Shown: in pieces, positions 1-7,153 of the stretch
Position numbering within the stretch: the first letter of the stretch is position 1
Layout: each line of letters starts with the position of its first letter
Virus record (IMG/VR): IMGVR_UViG_3300033150_001117
DNA: 20,000 bases
Origin: an uncultured virus (IMG/VR IMGVR_UViG_3300033150_001117)
Lineage: Duplodnaviria; Heunggongvirae; Uroviricota; Caudoviricetes
Strand: one strand, 5' to 3'
Made by a program: the position numbers and the translations under genes
The notes under the pieces: model-generated
What the model was told of the DNA's origin: nothing
Database searches by the model: none
The model's input: the letters and a program-made list of their open reading frames with translations, nothing else

Positions 1-102
1 GGCGAGCGGGCGCAGGCCACGGCTCGGCGGTCATTCACTTGGGACATTTGGGCCGAGCGGTTCGTGGACGCGGTGAAGCAAACCTTGGAGGCAAGACGGT
101 GA
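1..102 (+). CDS. C-terminal fragment of a GT-B glycosyltransferase (5' end outside window)
   Basis: Frame 1 reads GERAQATARRSFTWDIWAERFVDAVKQTLEARR*, a typical GT4-like C-terminal helix similar to the end of the next gene (FTMEHWARRFLDAA). TGA at 100-102 overlaps GTG at 99. Confidence 0.6.
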   Translation, partial: GERAQATARRSFTWDIWAERFVDAVKQTLEARR

Positions 103-1043
103 GAATCCTATATTTGACCTCTAAGTTTTTGTGGGATCGCAAGAGCGACCGCGGCCGGGTCCACCACGTCGAGGCCGTCGCCAGACAGCCGGGAATCGAT
201 CTGCGGTTGCAGTGCGGCGCGCCGGGCTGGCCGCCTCCTCCGCCGGATTGGCGAGCCGACTTGCTGTGGGTATACGACCCGCCACGGAAAGATCGCGGAT
301 GGCAGTTCTCCATTACCGGACTTCGGGACCGCCCTGAGCCGCGAATTCTTTTGTTCTACGATGCATATGAGAGGCCCAAAGTGCGGGCCGAAATCGACTC
401 GTGTGACCCCGCGCTGGTGATCTTCGCCCAAGAGAGCGATGAGCGGAACTGGCGGGCCGAGCTGGAGGCTGAAGGCCGAACGGTGGCGAGGATCCCCAAC
501 TGTGCCCACAAAGCAGTGTTCTACCGCGAGGGCGACTGGCAGCGGCCGATCGACTGCCTGCTGACCGGGGCCAGAAATCCGGACGTCTATCCGCTGCGCG
601 AGAGGTTCGCCCGACTTGTCAACGACGGGAAGTTGCCCGGAGAGGTCCGTCCCTTCCCCGGCCACCGCAGGAAGAGCATCGAAGACGCGAGGGTCCAGTT
701 TGCCGACTACGCTGCTCACCTTCGCGTCGCCAAGGTTGCTCTGCTGGACGGCTCCATTCACAGACTCGCTCTTCAGAAGTACATGGAGGCCGCGGCCGCG
801 GGCTGCGTGATGGCAGGCGAGATGCCGGACGATCGGTTGTTCCGGGACACGCTCGGCAAAGCGTTGGTCGAAATCGACAGCAGCATGAGCGACGAGCGGA
901 TCGCGGTCGTCATTAAGGATCTGCTCGTTCAGCCGGCAGAGATGAAGCGGCGTAGCCAGATCGGCTCCGACCAGTACCTTGCCGGCTTCACGATGGAGCA
1001 CTGGGCCCGTCGTTTTCTGGATGCTGCCGGCCGAGTCGCTTGA
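99..1043 (+). CDS. Glycosyltransferase, GT-B fold (CgeB/Glyco_trans_1_2-like)
   Basis: Starts (M)RILYLTS and contains YPLR, KYMEAAAAGCVM and FTMEHWARRF motifs. GGAGG at 87-91 and GTGA coupling favour a start at 99 over 39. Confidence 0.75.
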   Translation: MRILYLTSKFLWDRKSDRGRVHHVEAVARQPGIDLRLQCGAPGWPPPPPDWRADLLWVYDPPRKDRGWQFSITGLRDRPEPRILLFYDAYERPKVRAEIDSCDPALVIFAQESDERNWRAELEAEGRTVARIPNCAHKAVFYREGDWQRPIDCLLTGARNPDVYPLRERFARLVNDGKLPGEVRPFPGHRRKSIEDARVQFADYAAHLRVAKVALLDGSIHRLALQKYMEAAAAGCVMAGEMPDDRLFRDTLGKALVEIDSSMSDERIAVVIKDLLVQPAEMKRRSQIGSDQYLAGFTMEHWARRFLDAAGRVA

Positions 1044-1052
1044 GTGTTCGCC

Positions 1053-1478
1053 TTAGAACACGTCCGGCAGCTCTTCGCCGATGAACACAGCCTCCGGACC
1101 CTCCCAGTCGTTGACCCGTTCACTGCACTTGTCGACGGCCTCCTGAGCGCTGCTTGCTCTCGTGGTCGCGTGGTGGCGAAGACCAGTGACCCGCCAGTAG
1201 CCGTGCTTGCCGTTGTCCGGGTGATTGGCCAGCCGCTCCCGCCGCTTCTCGTCAGCCGCCTGGAAGCAAGGCCGCAGGGCGGCTGCGAGTTCGTCGAAAG
1301 GCGGGACGGCGTCCCTCCTGGCTTTACAGCCGGGGTTCGCAGCAAGGTGTTTCTCGTGCATGGCCTTGATTGCGTTGTAGCTGTCCATGAATCCCCCGCC
1401 GGGGATCTGGTGGTCGAACAGTTCGTCGCAATAGGGACAGGCACTTAGGACGTGGTTGCCGACTTGGGCGATTTCCAT
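1053..1478 (-). CDS. Hypothetical phage protein (CPYC motif)
   Basis: 141 aa ORF with GGGGAG upstream of ATG; last gene of the minus-strand arm, convergent with the GT. Confidence 0.65.
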   Translation of the reverse strand: MEIAQVGNHVLSACPYCDELFDHQIPGGGFMDSYNAIKAMHEKHLAANPGCKARRDAVPPFDELAAALRPCFQAADEKRRERLANHPDNGKHGYWRVTGLRHHATTRASSAQEAVDKCSERVNDWEGPEAVFIGEELPDVF

Positions 1479-1582
1479 GATCGTTCTCCCCGTGTGTCCT
1501 GGAGATCGCGGGTGTACCGTTTGACGTGCTTGGCCATCCTCGGCTCGCGTTTCACGAACGCCAGCACCTCCACGCGGTTGAA

Positions 1583-1771
1583 CTAGGCATCATCTTGCCA
1601 CGTTCGCGACCGCCACCGCGACCGCGACCCCGACCCGGAGCCCGACCGCGACCCGGAGCCACACCGCGAGCCAGACCGCGACCAAAACCCCGACCCCGAC
1701 CACGAGCGTGACCACGACCCCGAGCCCGACCGCGACTGCAGGCGTGATCTCTTATTCGCAGGCATCAGCAT
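1583..1771 (-). CDS. Ser/Gly/Arg/Trp-rich repeat peptide, unit 5 (62 aa)
   Basis: MLMPANKRSR leader then (S-X)n; G-run before ATG. Confidence 0.6.
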   Translation of the reverse strand: MLMPANKRSRLQSRSGSGSWSRSWSGSGFWSRSGSRCGSGSRSGSGSGSRSRWRSRTWQDDA

Positions 1772-1772
1772 A

Positions 1773-2003
1773 TCACCCCCCCCACGCCTCAGACCGCGAC
1801 CACGAGCGCGAGCGCGACCCCGAGCGCGACCCAGACCACGACCGCGACCGTGACCACGCTCGCGAGCGCGACCCCGACCGCGAGCCAGACCACGACCCAG
1901 ACCCAGACCCCGAGCCTGACCACGACCACAACCCCGAGCCTGACCACGACCCGGACGACAGCCACATCCGCGGGCGTGATCTCTTATTCGCAGGTGTCAG
2001 CAT
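1773..2003 (-). CDS. Ser/Gly/Arg/Trp-rich repeat peptide, unit 4 (76 aa)
   Basis: MLTPANKRSRPR leader, (S-X)n core, ends SEAWGG*. Confidence 0.6.
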   Translation of the reverse strand: MLTPANKRSRPRMWLSSGSWSGSGLWSWSGSGSGSGSWSGSRSGSRSRAWSRSRSWSGSRSGSRSRSWSRSEAWGG

Positions 2004-2242
2004 ATCGCCCCCCCCCACGCCTCAGACCGCGAGCCAGAGCCAGACCGTGGCCCCGACCGCGACTCGGACCACGTCCGCGACCCCGACCACGAGCGTGACC
2101 ACGACCCCGAGCCCGACCGCGAGCCAGACCACGACCCCGACCCAGACCCCGATGCCGATCCTGACCCCGTCCACGAGCCAGACCACGACCGCGACCACGG
2201 CCACAACCGCGAGCGCAACCTCTTGTTGGCAGGTGTCAGCAT
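1997..2242 (-). CDS. Ser/Gly/Arg/Trp-rich repeat peptide, unit 3 (81 aa)
   Basis: MLTPANKRLR leader, ends SEAWGGAIC*; ATGCTGA start/stop overlap. Confidence 0.6.
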   Translation of the reverse strand: MLTPANKRLRSRLWPWSRSWSGSWTGSGSASGSGSGSWSGSRSGSGSWSRSWSGSRTWSESRSGPRSGSGSRSEAWGGAIC

Positions 2243-2451
2243 ATCGCCCCACCCCCCGACCGCGACCACGCCCGCGAACCAGACCCCGACCGCGACCGCG
2301 AGCCACACCACACCCCCGACCTTGACCCCGAGCCTGACCACGACCGCGGGCGCGACCATGACCACGACCCCGCCCCCGACCCCGACCGCAACCACGCCCG
2401 CGACCCCGACCACGAGCGCGGGCGTGATCTCTTGTTCGCAGGCATCAGCAT
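2236..2451 (-). CDS. Ser/Gly/Arg/Trp-rich repeat peptide, unit 2 (71 aa)
   Basis: MLMPANKRSRPR leader, ends GGGAIC*; ATGCTGA overlap. Confidence 0.6.
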   Translation of the reverse strand: MLMPANKRSRPRSWSGSRAWLRSGSGAGSWSWSRPRSWSGSGSRSGVWCGSRSRSGSGSRAWSRSGGGAIC

Positions 2452-2684
2452 ACCGCCCCCCCCCACGCCTCAGACCGCGAGCCAGACCGCGACCACGCCC
2501 CCGACCGCGAGCCAGACCGCGACCCCGATCGCGACCACGAGCGAGAGCGCGAGCCACACCGCGAGCCAGACCGCGACCACACCCCTGACCCCGACCACGA
2601 CCACGACCACAACCCCGACCCTGACCACAACCCCGACGACGGCCACGTCCGCGGGCGTGATCTCTTATTCGCAGGTGTCAGCAT
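2445..2684 (-). CDS. Ser/Gly/Arg/Trp-rich repeat peptide, unit 1 (79 aa)
   Basis: MLTPANKRSRPR leader, ends SEAWGGAVC*; start overlaps the stop of the Sm-like gene. Confidence 0.6.
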   Translation of the reverse strand: MLTPANKRSRPRTWPSSGLWSGSGLWSWSWSGSGVWSRSGSRCGSRSRSWSRSGSRSGSRSGAWSRSGSRSEAWGGAVC

Positions 2685-2935
2685 ATCGCCCCCCCCCACG
2701 ATTCGATCGCTGCTCGCATCACACGCCACTTCGAGGGCAGAGCTTGAGCGTCTTTCCATTCGCCCGCAGTCCATGGGCCCGTCTCGTATACCACCTCTGC
2801 TTTGTCCAGTTCGAGGTGGTCATCGCTGACGCCGACGAGTGTCCCGGCGTAAATGTAGATGCCACAGATCAAGACGACGTTTTCGCCGATCATCGACTCG
2901 AAGCCGCCTTCTGTGGTTTCAATCAGACGTTTCAT
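2678..2935 (-). CDS. Small Sm/LSm-like (SH3-type beta-barrel) protein
   Basis: FESMIGENVVLICGIYIYAGTLVGVSDDHLELDKAEVV matches the Sm1 pattern (helix-IG.xV.h...Y.G.L.G.D....L..A). AAGGAGG lies upstream of ATG 2935. Confidence 0.65.
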   Translation of the reverse strand: MKRLIETTEGGFESMIGENVVLICGIYIYAGTLVGVSDDHLELDKAEVVYETGPWTAGEWKDAQALPSKWRVMRAAIESWGGAIC

Positions 2936-3320
2936 CGCAACCTCCTTTTCTTTCTGCGGCAATAGCCGCGTTCATTCTGCCCCGGCACTGCCACGTCGCC
3001 AAGTCGATCTCAAAATCTTCAGGGCCGTGGCCAAAATACGAATAGCTGGATTTCGCGCTAGTGGCTCCCCGTTTCGCCTTTTCGTGATTGCATAACCACT
3101 TGGCTAGCGGCGGGTCGCCCCGATGGTAGGCATTGGCATCAGCGTACAAGGCCGCTGCGTAAAGCCCACAGGGATGCTTGTAGTTGGCGGCATAATGCAG
3201 CAGAGCGTCCTCGGGCGCCATTCGAGTTGCCTCTCCCTGGACGAATCCCTTGCACGTATCCGAAAAAACCGGCGCTGCGAAGCTTTCGGCAACAACAAAA
3301 TACTCTGACATTTCAGTCAC
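2919..3320 (-). CDS. Hypothetical phage protein
   Basis: 133 aa ORF of protein-like composition within the operon; start may be ATG 3311. Confidence 0.65.
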   Translation of the reverse strand: MTEMSEYFVVAESFAAPVFSDTCKGFVQGEATRMAPEDALLHYAANYKHPCGLYAAALYADANAYHRGDPPLAKWLCNHEKAKRGATSAKSSYSYFGHGPEDFEIDLATWQCRGRMNAAIAAERKGGCDETSD

Positions 3321-3555
3321 TCATAAGGCGGACTCTGCATGGCCACGGCAATCTCCTTGAGCACCTGTCGCGTTACCCGCCGGCGTTGCGACTGGCGTAC
3401 CTCCGCCAGAATCTACGTTTGGTCATGGGCACATTGGGGACATCCTCTGGGTTCGTCGCCGCGCCGGGATTACGCCTGGCCCAGTCCGGGCCAAGCCTGT
3501 AAAACCCGCAAGACAGCCAGCAGATTACACGGAACATTGTCCTTGCTCCTTTCTC

Positions 3556-3593
3556 AAAAGCGCGGCGGGCCGGGGTGCGTTTACCGCCGCGCT
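3556..3593 (-). terminator. GC-rich hairpin with short U tract, possible terminator or processing site
   Basis: AGCGCGGCGG (3559-3568) pairs with CCGCCGCGCT (3584-3593), followed by T residues on the - strand; spans the stop of the upstream gene. Confidence 0.35.
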
Positions 3594-3985
3594 AGATTCG
3601 CTCCCGTCCTTCCAGGCACTTCTCGCAGGCGGCTAATTTCCTCGGCCTGCCAAAGGATTGCGTAACGCATCGCCAGGTCGAGGGTCTCGCTGCCGTCGCC
3701 CGGCAGCGGCGGTAAATCCGTCTCGCGTATGATCCTCACCGTGCTGTGCACGAGAGCCGACATCTCAGCCATTGTTGTCTTCTCTGACAGCCGCTCGCCC
3801 TCGGTTATGGTGGCATCCCGGACCTGTTCGGGTTGCGGCCACAACGACGGATGCACGATCTTACGAAGTTGTTCCAGCAGATGCTCAGCAAACCCCGTCC
3901 CGGGGTGCTTGGCTGCCTCGTCGCTGATCAACGAAATCACGGTTTCGACGGCCTCGCGTGCCGCGACGTTCTGTTCTGTGCTCAC
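3581..3985 (-). CDS. Hypothetical protein
   Basis: 134 aa helical ORF, GTGA-coupled to the recT stop. Confidence 0.6.
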   Translation of the reverse strand: MSTEQNVAAREAVETVISLISDEAAKHPGTGFAEHLLEQLRKIVHPSLWPQPEQVRDATITEGERLSEKTTMAEMSALVHSTVRIIRETDLPPLPGDGSETLDLAMRYAILWQAEEISRLREVPGRTGANLARR

Positions 3986-4779
3986 GCCCCGTCCCCTTCG
4001 TCCATTGATGCCAGGTCGATCGTTTTATCACCAGCCGGCGGCGGCAGCAGATCCACCCCGAGGTCCTGTGGCTCGCCGAGTTCGGCTTGCTCTTCCAGGC
4101 GTAAGGCCAGGGACAATTCCGTCGTCAGCCGCCAATAATTTGCCGCGGCCCGTACCGGCGTCTTACGGACCATCGCCGGGTAGTGCTCTCCCTTCCACAG
4201 CGGGCCGCCTCGCTTCTCGACTTCGTCGATCTCCGCCCTCGACATGTACCTGTGGGCCAGCCCGCCGCCGGCCGTCTCGTAGAGGCAATACGCCCCAACC
4301 AGCCGATCCCTCACGGCCTTGGCCGTCAGCGCTCGCCCGGGCGGCACTGAGTGCTGGACCACCGGCCGCGAGTCCCGCACGCCGACGAAGAACTCTTCTC
4401 CCTGCAGCACCAGGTCGGCGTAGACCCACCGCAGGTAGTTGTTTCGCGTAGCCAGGTTGATGTAGCCCTGGTAGCTGATCTCCAGGTTGCATCGGGCCTT
4501 CGGATCGGATCGCCGCAGCTTGCGAGGGACGAAGTAGGCGAGCTTCATCATCCGGCCAGGCACCAGGCCGATCATCGCCGCGTGGGCCGCCGAGACCAGG
4601 ACGGACTCCGGCGTGCACGATCCCTCCTTGAGTTCGTTGGCCGCGACGACGACGGCCGCCGCGAACTGCTGCCGGTCGATCGCCCCCGTGTTCAACAGGG
4701 GCACGATACGGTCGAGTTCCTTCGAGACGTACTTTGCCAGCTCGTTGCGAGCCGCCGGCAGGATTAGCTCGGGTCCCAT
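3982..4779 (-). CDS. recT: RecT-family ssDNA annealing recombinase
   Basis: Motifs AYFVP, LEISYQGYINLA, VGAY, YMSRAEID and W...YPAMVRKTPVRAAANYW; immediately downstream of an exonuclease gene. Confidence 0.9.
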   Translation of the reverse strand: MGPELILPAARNELAKYVSKELDRIVPLLNTGAIDRQQFAAAVVVAANELKEGSCTPESVLVSAAHAAMIGLVPGRMMKLAYFVPRKLRRSDPKARCNLEISYQGYINLATRNNYLRWVYADLVLQGEEFFVGVRDSRPVVQHSVPPGRALTAKAVRDRLVGAYCLYETAGGGLAHRYMSRAEIDEVEKRGGPLWKGEHYPAMVRKTPVRAAANYWRLTTELSLALRLEEQAELGEPQDLGVDLLPPPAGDKTIDLASMDEGDGA

Positions 4780-4780
4780 A

Positions 4781-5746
4781 TCACGTTCCTTCTGGTCGTT
4801 GTTTCGCCCACCAAGGCAGGCCGCCGCGGTGAATGGTCGGGTACGCCCCCGGCCACTGATTCGTGTCCGTCGCTACTGCAAACAACGCAAGTAGCCGTCG
4901 ATATTTCAGCCTCCCCATGTCTAATGTTTCCGTGTCCGCTTGTACACAATTTACATCGTGCGGCCAAGAGTCCTCGATAGCGAGCCAGACGAACTGCCGC
5001 TCGATGCCGTCCGCCGCCTTGAGCCCGTCGAGGTAGAGGGCGGCCTGGGTGTCGTAATGCCGCTCCTCGATCGAGCGGGCGAACGCCGCGTCACAGTGCT
5101 TGCCCCGCCGCACCTTCTTTAGATCCACGCAGCACGGCGGGATCGACTTCGGCTGCGGGATGTCCTTGTCCACGCGGCCCTTCATGCGGATCACCGCCTG
5201 CCGCTCCTGGCCCTGCGCGACGTAGCTCACCGGCTGGTCCCAGACGAACGAACGCTCGACGCCGCCTTGGGCCTTGAGCAGCTTGACCGCCGGGTGCTGC
5301 TGTATCTCAGCAGCGAGGTTCTCGATGGCATCCGCCTGCAAGGCCGTGATGGTCCCCGGCGGCCGCTCGGCCCACTCCGGGGCGTGCGTGCCGCAGTACC
5401 AGTGGCCGTCGAAACGCTTGATCGCCTGGTAGCTGCACGGCTGCCCCTTGCTCTCGCCGGATTGGAGCACGGCGTGGCACTGCCCGGCAATCGGGTGCCG
5501 CTCGGCGAACTTTGCCGGCTCAAGGAGTCTCGTGTGCATCGCCCAGCCGAAGTCGATGTCCTTGGACTCCGGCTCCTCGATCTTGCCGTCCAGGTACGCC
5601 TTCAGGTGTTTCATCGATACCGTGCCGTCATCGAGCAACGCCTTGGCAAGCGTGCTGTTGTTCAGGTGTGGCCATGCGAGATATTCGTTGAACGGCACTC
5701 CCGGGTAGACGCCCGGCGGCGGCTCGGCTGTCGGTGGCTGAATCAT
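4781..5746 (-). CDS. RecE/exonuclease VIII-like PD-(D/E)XK nuclease (DUF3799-like)
   Basis: PGVYPGVPFNEY, FGWAMH..LLEP, KGRVD, VDLK, YDTQAALYLDG and WPG.Y motifs; AAGGAGGGG RBS; paired with recT. Confidence 0.85.
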   Translation of the reverse strand: MIQPPTAEPPPGVYPGVPFNEYLAWPHLNNSTLAKALLDDGTVSMKHLKAYLDGKIEEPESKDIDFGWAMHTRLLEPAKFAERHPIAGQCHAVLQSGESKGQPCSYQAIKRFDGHWYCGTHAPEWAERPPGTITALQADAIENLAAEIQQHPAVKLLKAQGGVERSFVWDQPVSYVAQGQERQAVIRMKGRVDKDIPQPKSIPPCCVDLKKVRRGKHCDAAFARSIEERHYDTQAALYLDGLKAADGIERQFVWLAIEDSWPHDVNCVQADTETLDMGRLKYRRLLALFAVATDTNQWPGAYPTIHRGGLPWWAKQRPEGT

Positions 5747-5764
5747 CGTGTCCCCTCCTTTAGC

Positions 5765-5836
5765 GCCCGCGCCGCTTCCAACCCCGGAGGGCAGTCGGGG
5801 CCGTCGGCGAATTCCGGCTCGCCGCGCGGCGCGGGC
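5765..5836 (-). other. Predicted three-way-junction structured leader upstream of recE-recT
   Basis: An 11-bp perfect stem (5765-5775/5826-5836) encloses hairpins at 5782-5800 and 5805-5824. Confidence 0.5.
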
Positions 5837-5845
5837 AATAACCTC

Positions 5846-5854
5846 TATTATACC
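5846..5854 (-). promoter_or_regulatory. -10 element GGTATAATA for the recE-recT operon
   Basis: Consensus TATAAT at 5847-5852 in GC-rich DNA; the same 9-mer occurs at 11426-11434 (-) and 11558-11566 (+). Confidence 0.55.
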
Positions 5855-6078
5855 TCAAAAGCCGCGTGCAAAGCGGAAAACACCAGGCTTCCTATGCCGC
5901 CACACAACAGAAATGCAAGCACGGCAAGCACGACGACCACGAGGCAAGTTACGTTAAGGGTCCGCTCTGTGCCTGCGGCGCCGAGGAACCCGCGACGTAT
6001 CGGCTGACCGCACCTCGGGCACCTATCTGCCTCCGGGCTGACCGGCAGGTTGCAACCGGGACAAGCAGTGAGTCTCAT
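5848..6078 (-). CDS. Zinc-ribbon membrane protein
   Basis: CPGC...CPRCG followed by a long hydrophobic helix; GGAGGG RBS. Confidence 0.75.
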   Translation of the reverse strand: MRLTACPGCNLPVSPEADRCPRCGQPIRRGFLGAAGTERTLNVTCLVVVVLAVLAFLLCGGIGSLVFSALHAAFEV

Positions 6079-6107
6079 TGTGCGCCCTCCTGGTTGTGTC
6101 TAGAGTA

Positions 6108-6644
6108 TTACGCTGCGCCTTCCATTGTTTTCCGGAGGCCGGCGTATGCCGCGACCACCGGGGAAAACTCCTGCATGAACTCGTCGTACCGCTCGTAGCG
6201 CCGCAGCCAGGCCAGAAAATCCGCGTGGGCCCGCTCCAGCACGGACTGCCTAAGCGACGGATTGTCGGCCACCCTTCGCGTGGGCACGTAGTTCTTTTCG
6301 GGAATCCTGCCGTACCGCTCCCGTTTTATGGCCACGTAAGCTACCACCGGCCGCGAGATCACCTCACTAGTCTTTACATCGATCCGCACTACGTTTATAT
6401 GCCGGAGGACGTCCTGCGCGGCCTGGCGCCAGTATATCCTTGCGGCCTTTGTGCGGTTGACCTCGATCAGCCCATATAAAGGACTGCTCTTGCGTTTGCA
6501 CTCCCGCACCAGCTCTTCCGGCGTCGGTTTCCGGTCCCTGAACTTGGGCTGGGCTCGCCACTTGAGCAGCGCGTTTTTCTGTTGCTTGTTGCCGTACCGC
6601 AAGTTTGGTGATAGCTGGTACAGAACCTTGATTTTACTTTTCAC
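6108..6644 (-). CDS. Basic hypothetical protein downstream of the pentamer array (candidate accessory of the RAMP-like system)
   Basis: AAAGGAG RBS before GTG 6644 (the ORF-track extension to 6773 is just array read-through). TPEELV...SPLY.LIE....AA..YW.Q.A...LR.I resembles a recurrent phage family. Confidence 0.75.
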   Translation of the reverse strand: MKSKIKVLYQLSPNLRYGNKQQKNALLKWRAQPKFRDRKPTPEELVRECKRKSSPLYGLIEVNRTKAARIYWRQAAQDVLRHINVVRIDVKTSEVISRPVVAYVAIKRERYGRIPEKNYVPTRRVADNPSLRQSVLERAHADFLAWLRRYERYDEFMQEFSPVVAAYAGLRKTMEGAA

Positions 6645-6670
6645 AATCGCTCCTTTCGATAAAAAGAAAG

Positions 6671-7135
6671 TCCGCTCCGGCCGTTCCACTCCGTTCCCTT
6701 CCGATCCACTCCGCTCCATTCCTTTCCGGTCCGTTACGGCCACTCCACTCCGTTCCGGTCCACTCCGTTCCAATCCGCTCCGGTCCTTTCCACTCCGGCC
6801 GCTCCTGTCCTATCCCCTCCATTCCATTCCGATCCTCTCCGCTCCAATCCGCTCCAATCCGGTCCTTTCCAATCCGGCCGCTCCTCTCCAATCCTATCCT
6901 CTCCTATCCCGTCCCATCCGCTCCCGTCCCATCCGCTGCGGCCGCTCCTTTCCCCTCCACTCCATTCCACTCCACTCCCTTCCGATCCTCTCCGGCCGCT
7001 CCAGTCCCTTCCGCTCCGTTCCCGTCCAATCCGATCCTGTCCTCTCCGCTCCGCTCCGGCCGTTTCGATCCGATCCGCTCCGGCCGCTCCAATCCGTTCC
7101 GATCCGATCCGTGCCGCTCCCCTCCTGGCCGCTTC
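6671..7135 (-). repeat. Punctuated pentamer array (NN-GGA)n, probable non-coding guide-RNA array
   Basis: About 85 TCCNN units on the + strand with near-invariant TCC and highly variable NN. Phase shifts by one base at (C)GGCC(G) sites 6678, 6737, 6796, 6875, 6939, 6993, 7057, 7081 and 7126. Ends in CTTTCTTTTT on the - strand. Confidence 0.95.
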
Positions 7136-7153
7136 GCTTGCGAGCTACTTCAA

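Larger units (their letters stand above)
1583..2700 (-). repeat. Five-unit tandem array: conserved ~45 bp junction plus variable TCN-NGG hexamer microsatellite
   Basis: The junction GGCGTGATCTCTTRTTCGCAGGYRTCAGCATA..C-run (+ strand) recurs, with its ATG at 1771, 2003, 2242 (most diverged copy), 2451 and 2684 (periods 232, 239, 209, 233). Between junctions lie CCNCGA-type hexamers. Confidence 0.95.

Noticed and set aside
1583..2700. Diversity-generating retroelement or RiPP cluster
   Set aside because: No reverse transcriptase, no adenine-specific TR/VR pair and no recognisable peptide-modifying enzyme in the window.
1526..2965. Plus-strand Thr/Pro- and Arg/Pro-rich ORFs over the hexamer array
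   Set aside because: Antisense shadows of the repeat. The minus strand has the RBS/ATG coupling and matches operon direction.
3321..3550. Short ORFs (37 aa after a strong AAAGGAG RBS, then 17 aa)
   Set aside because: Too short and without recognisable motifs; possibly a decayed gene.
6671..7135. Canonical CRISPR array or simple microsatellite
   Set aside because: There are no 25-45 bp direct repeats with unique spacers. Variation is confined to two of five positions with regular punctuation, unlike slippage.
6671..7135. CsrA/RsmA-sponge sRNA (many GGA)
   Set aside because: Not excluded, but disfavoured: the GGAs are not in hairpin loops, most lack ANGGA context, and a RAMP-like gene is adjacent.
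6671..7135. Self-targets of the NN strings inside this window
   Set aside because: Spot checks by eye gave only partial gapped matches (e.g. five dinucleotides near 12452), consistent with chance. An exhaustive computational scan is still needed.
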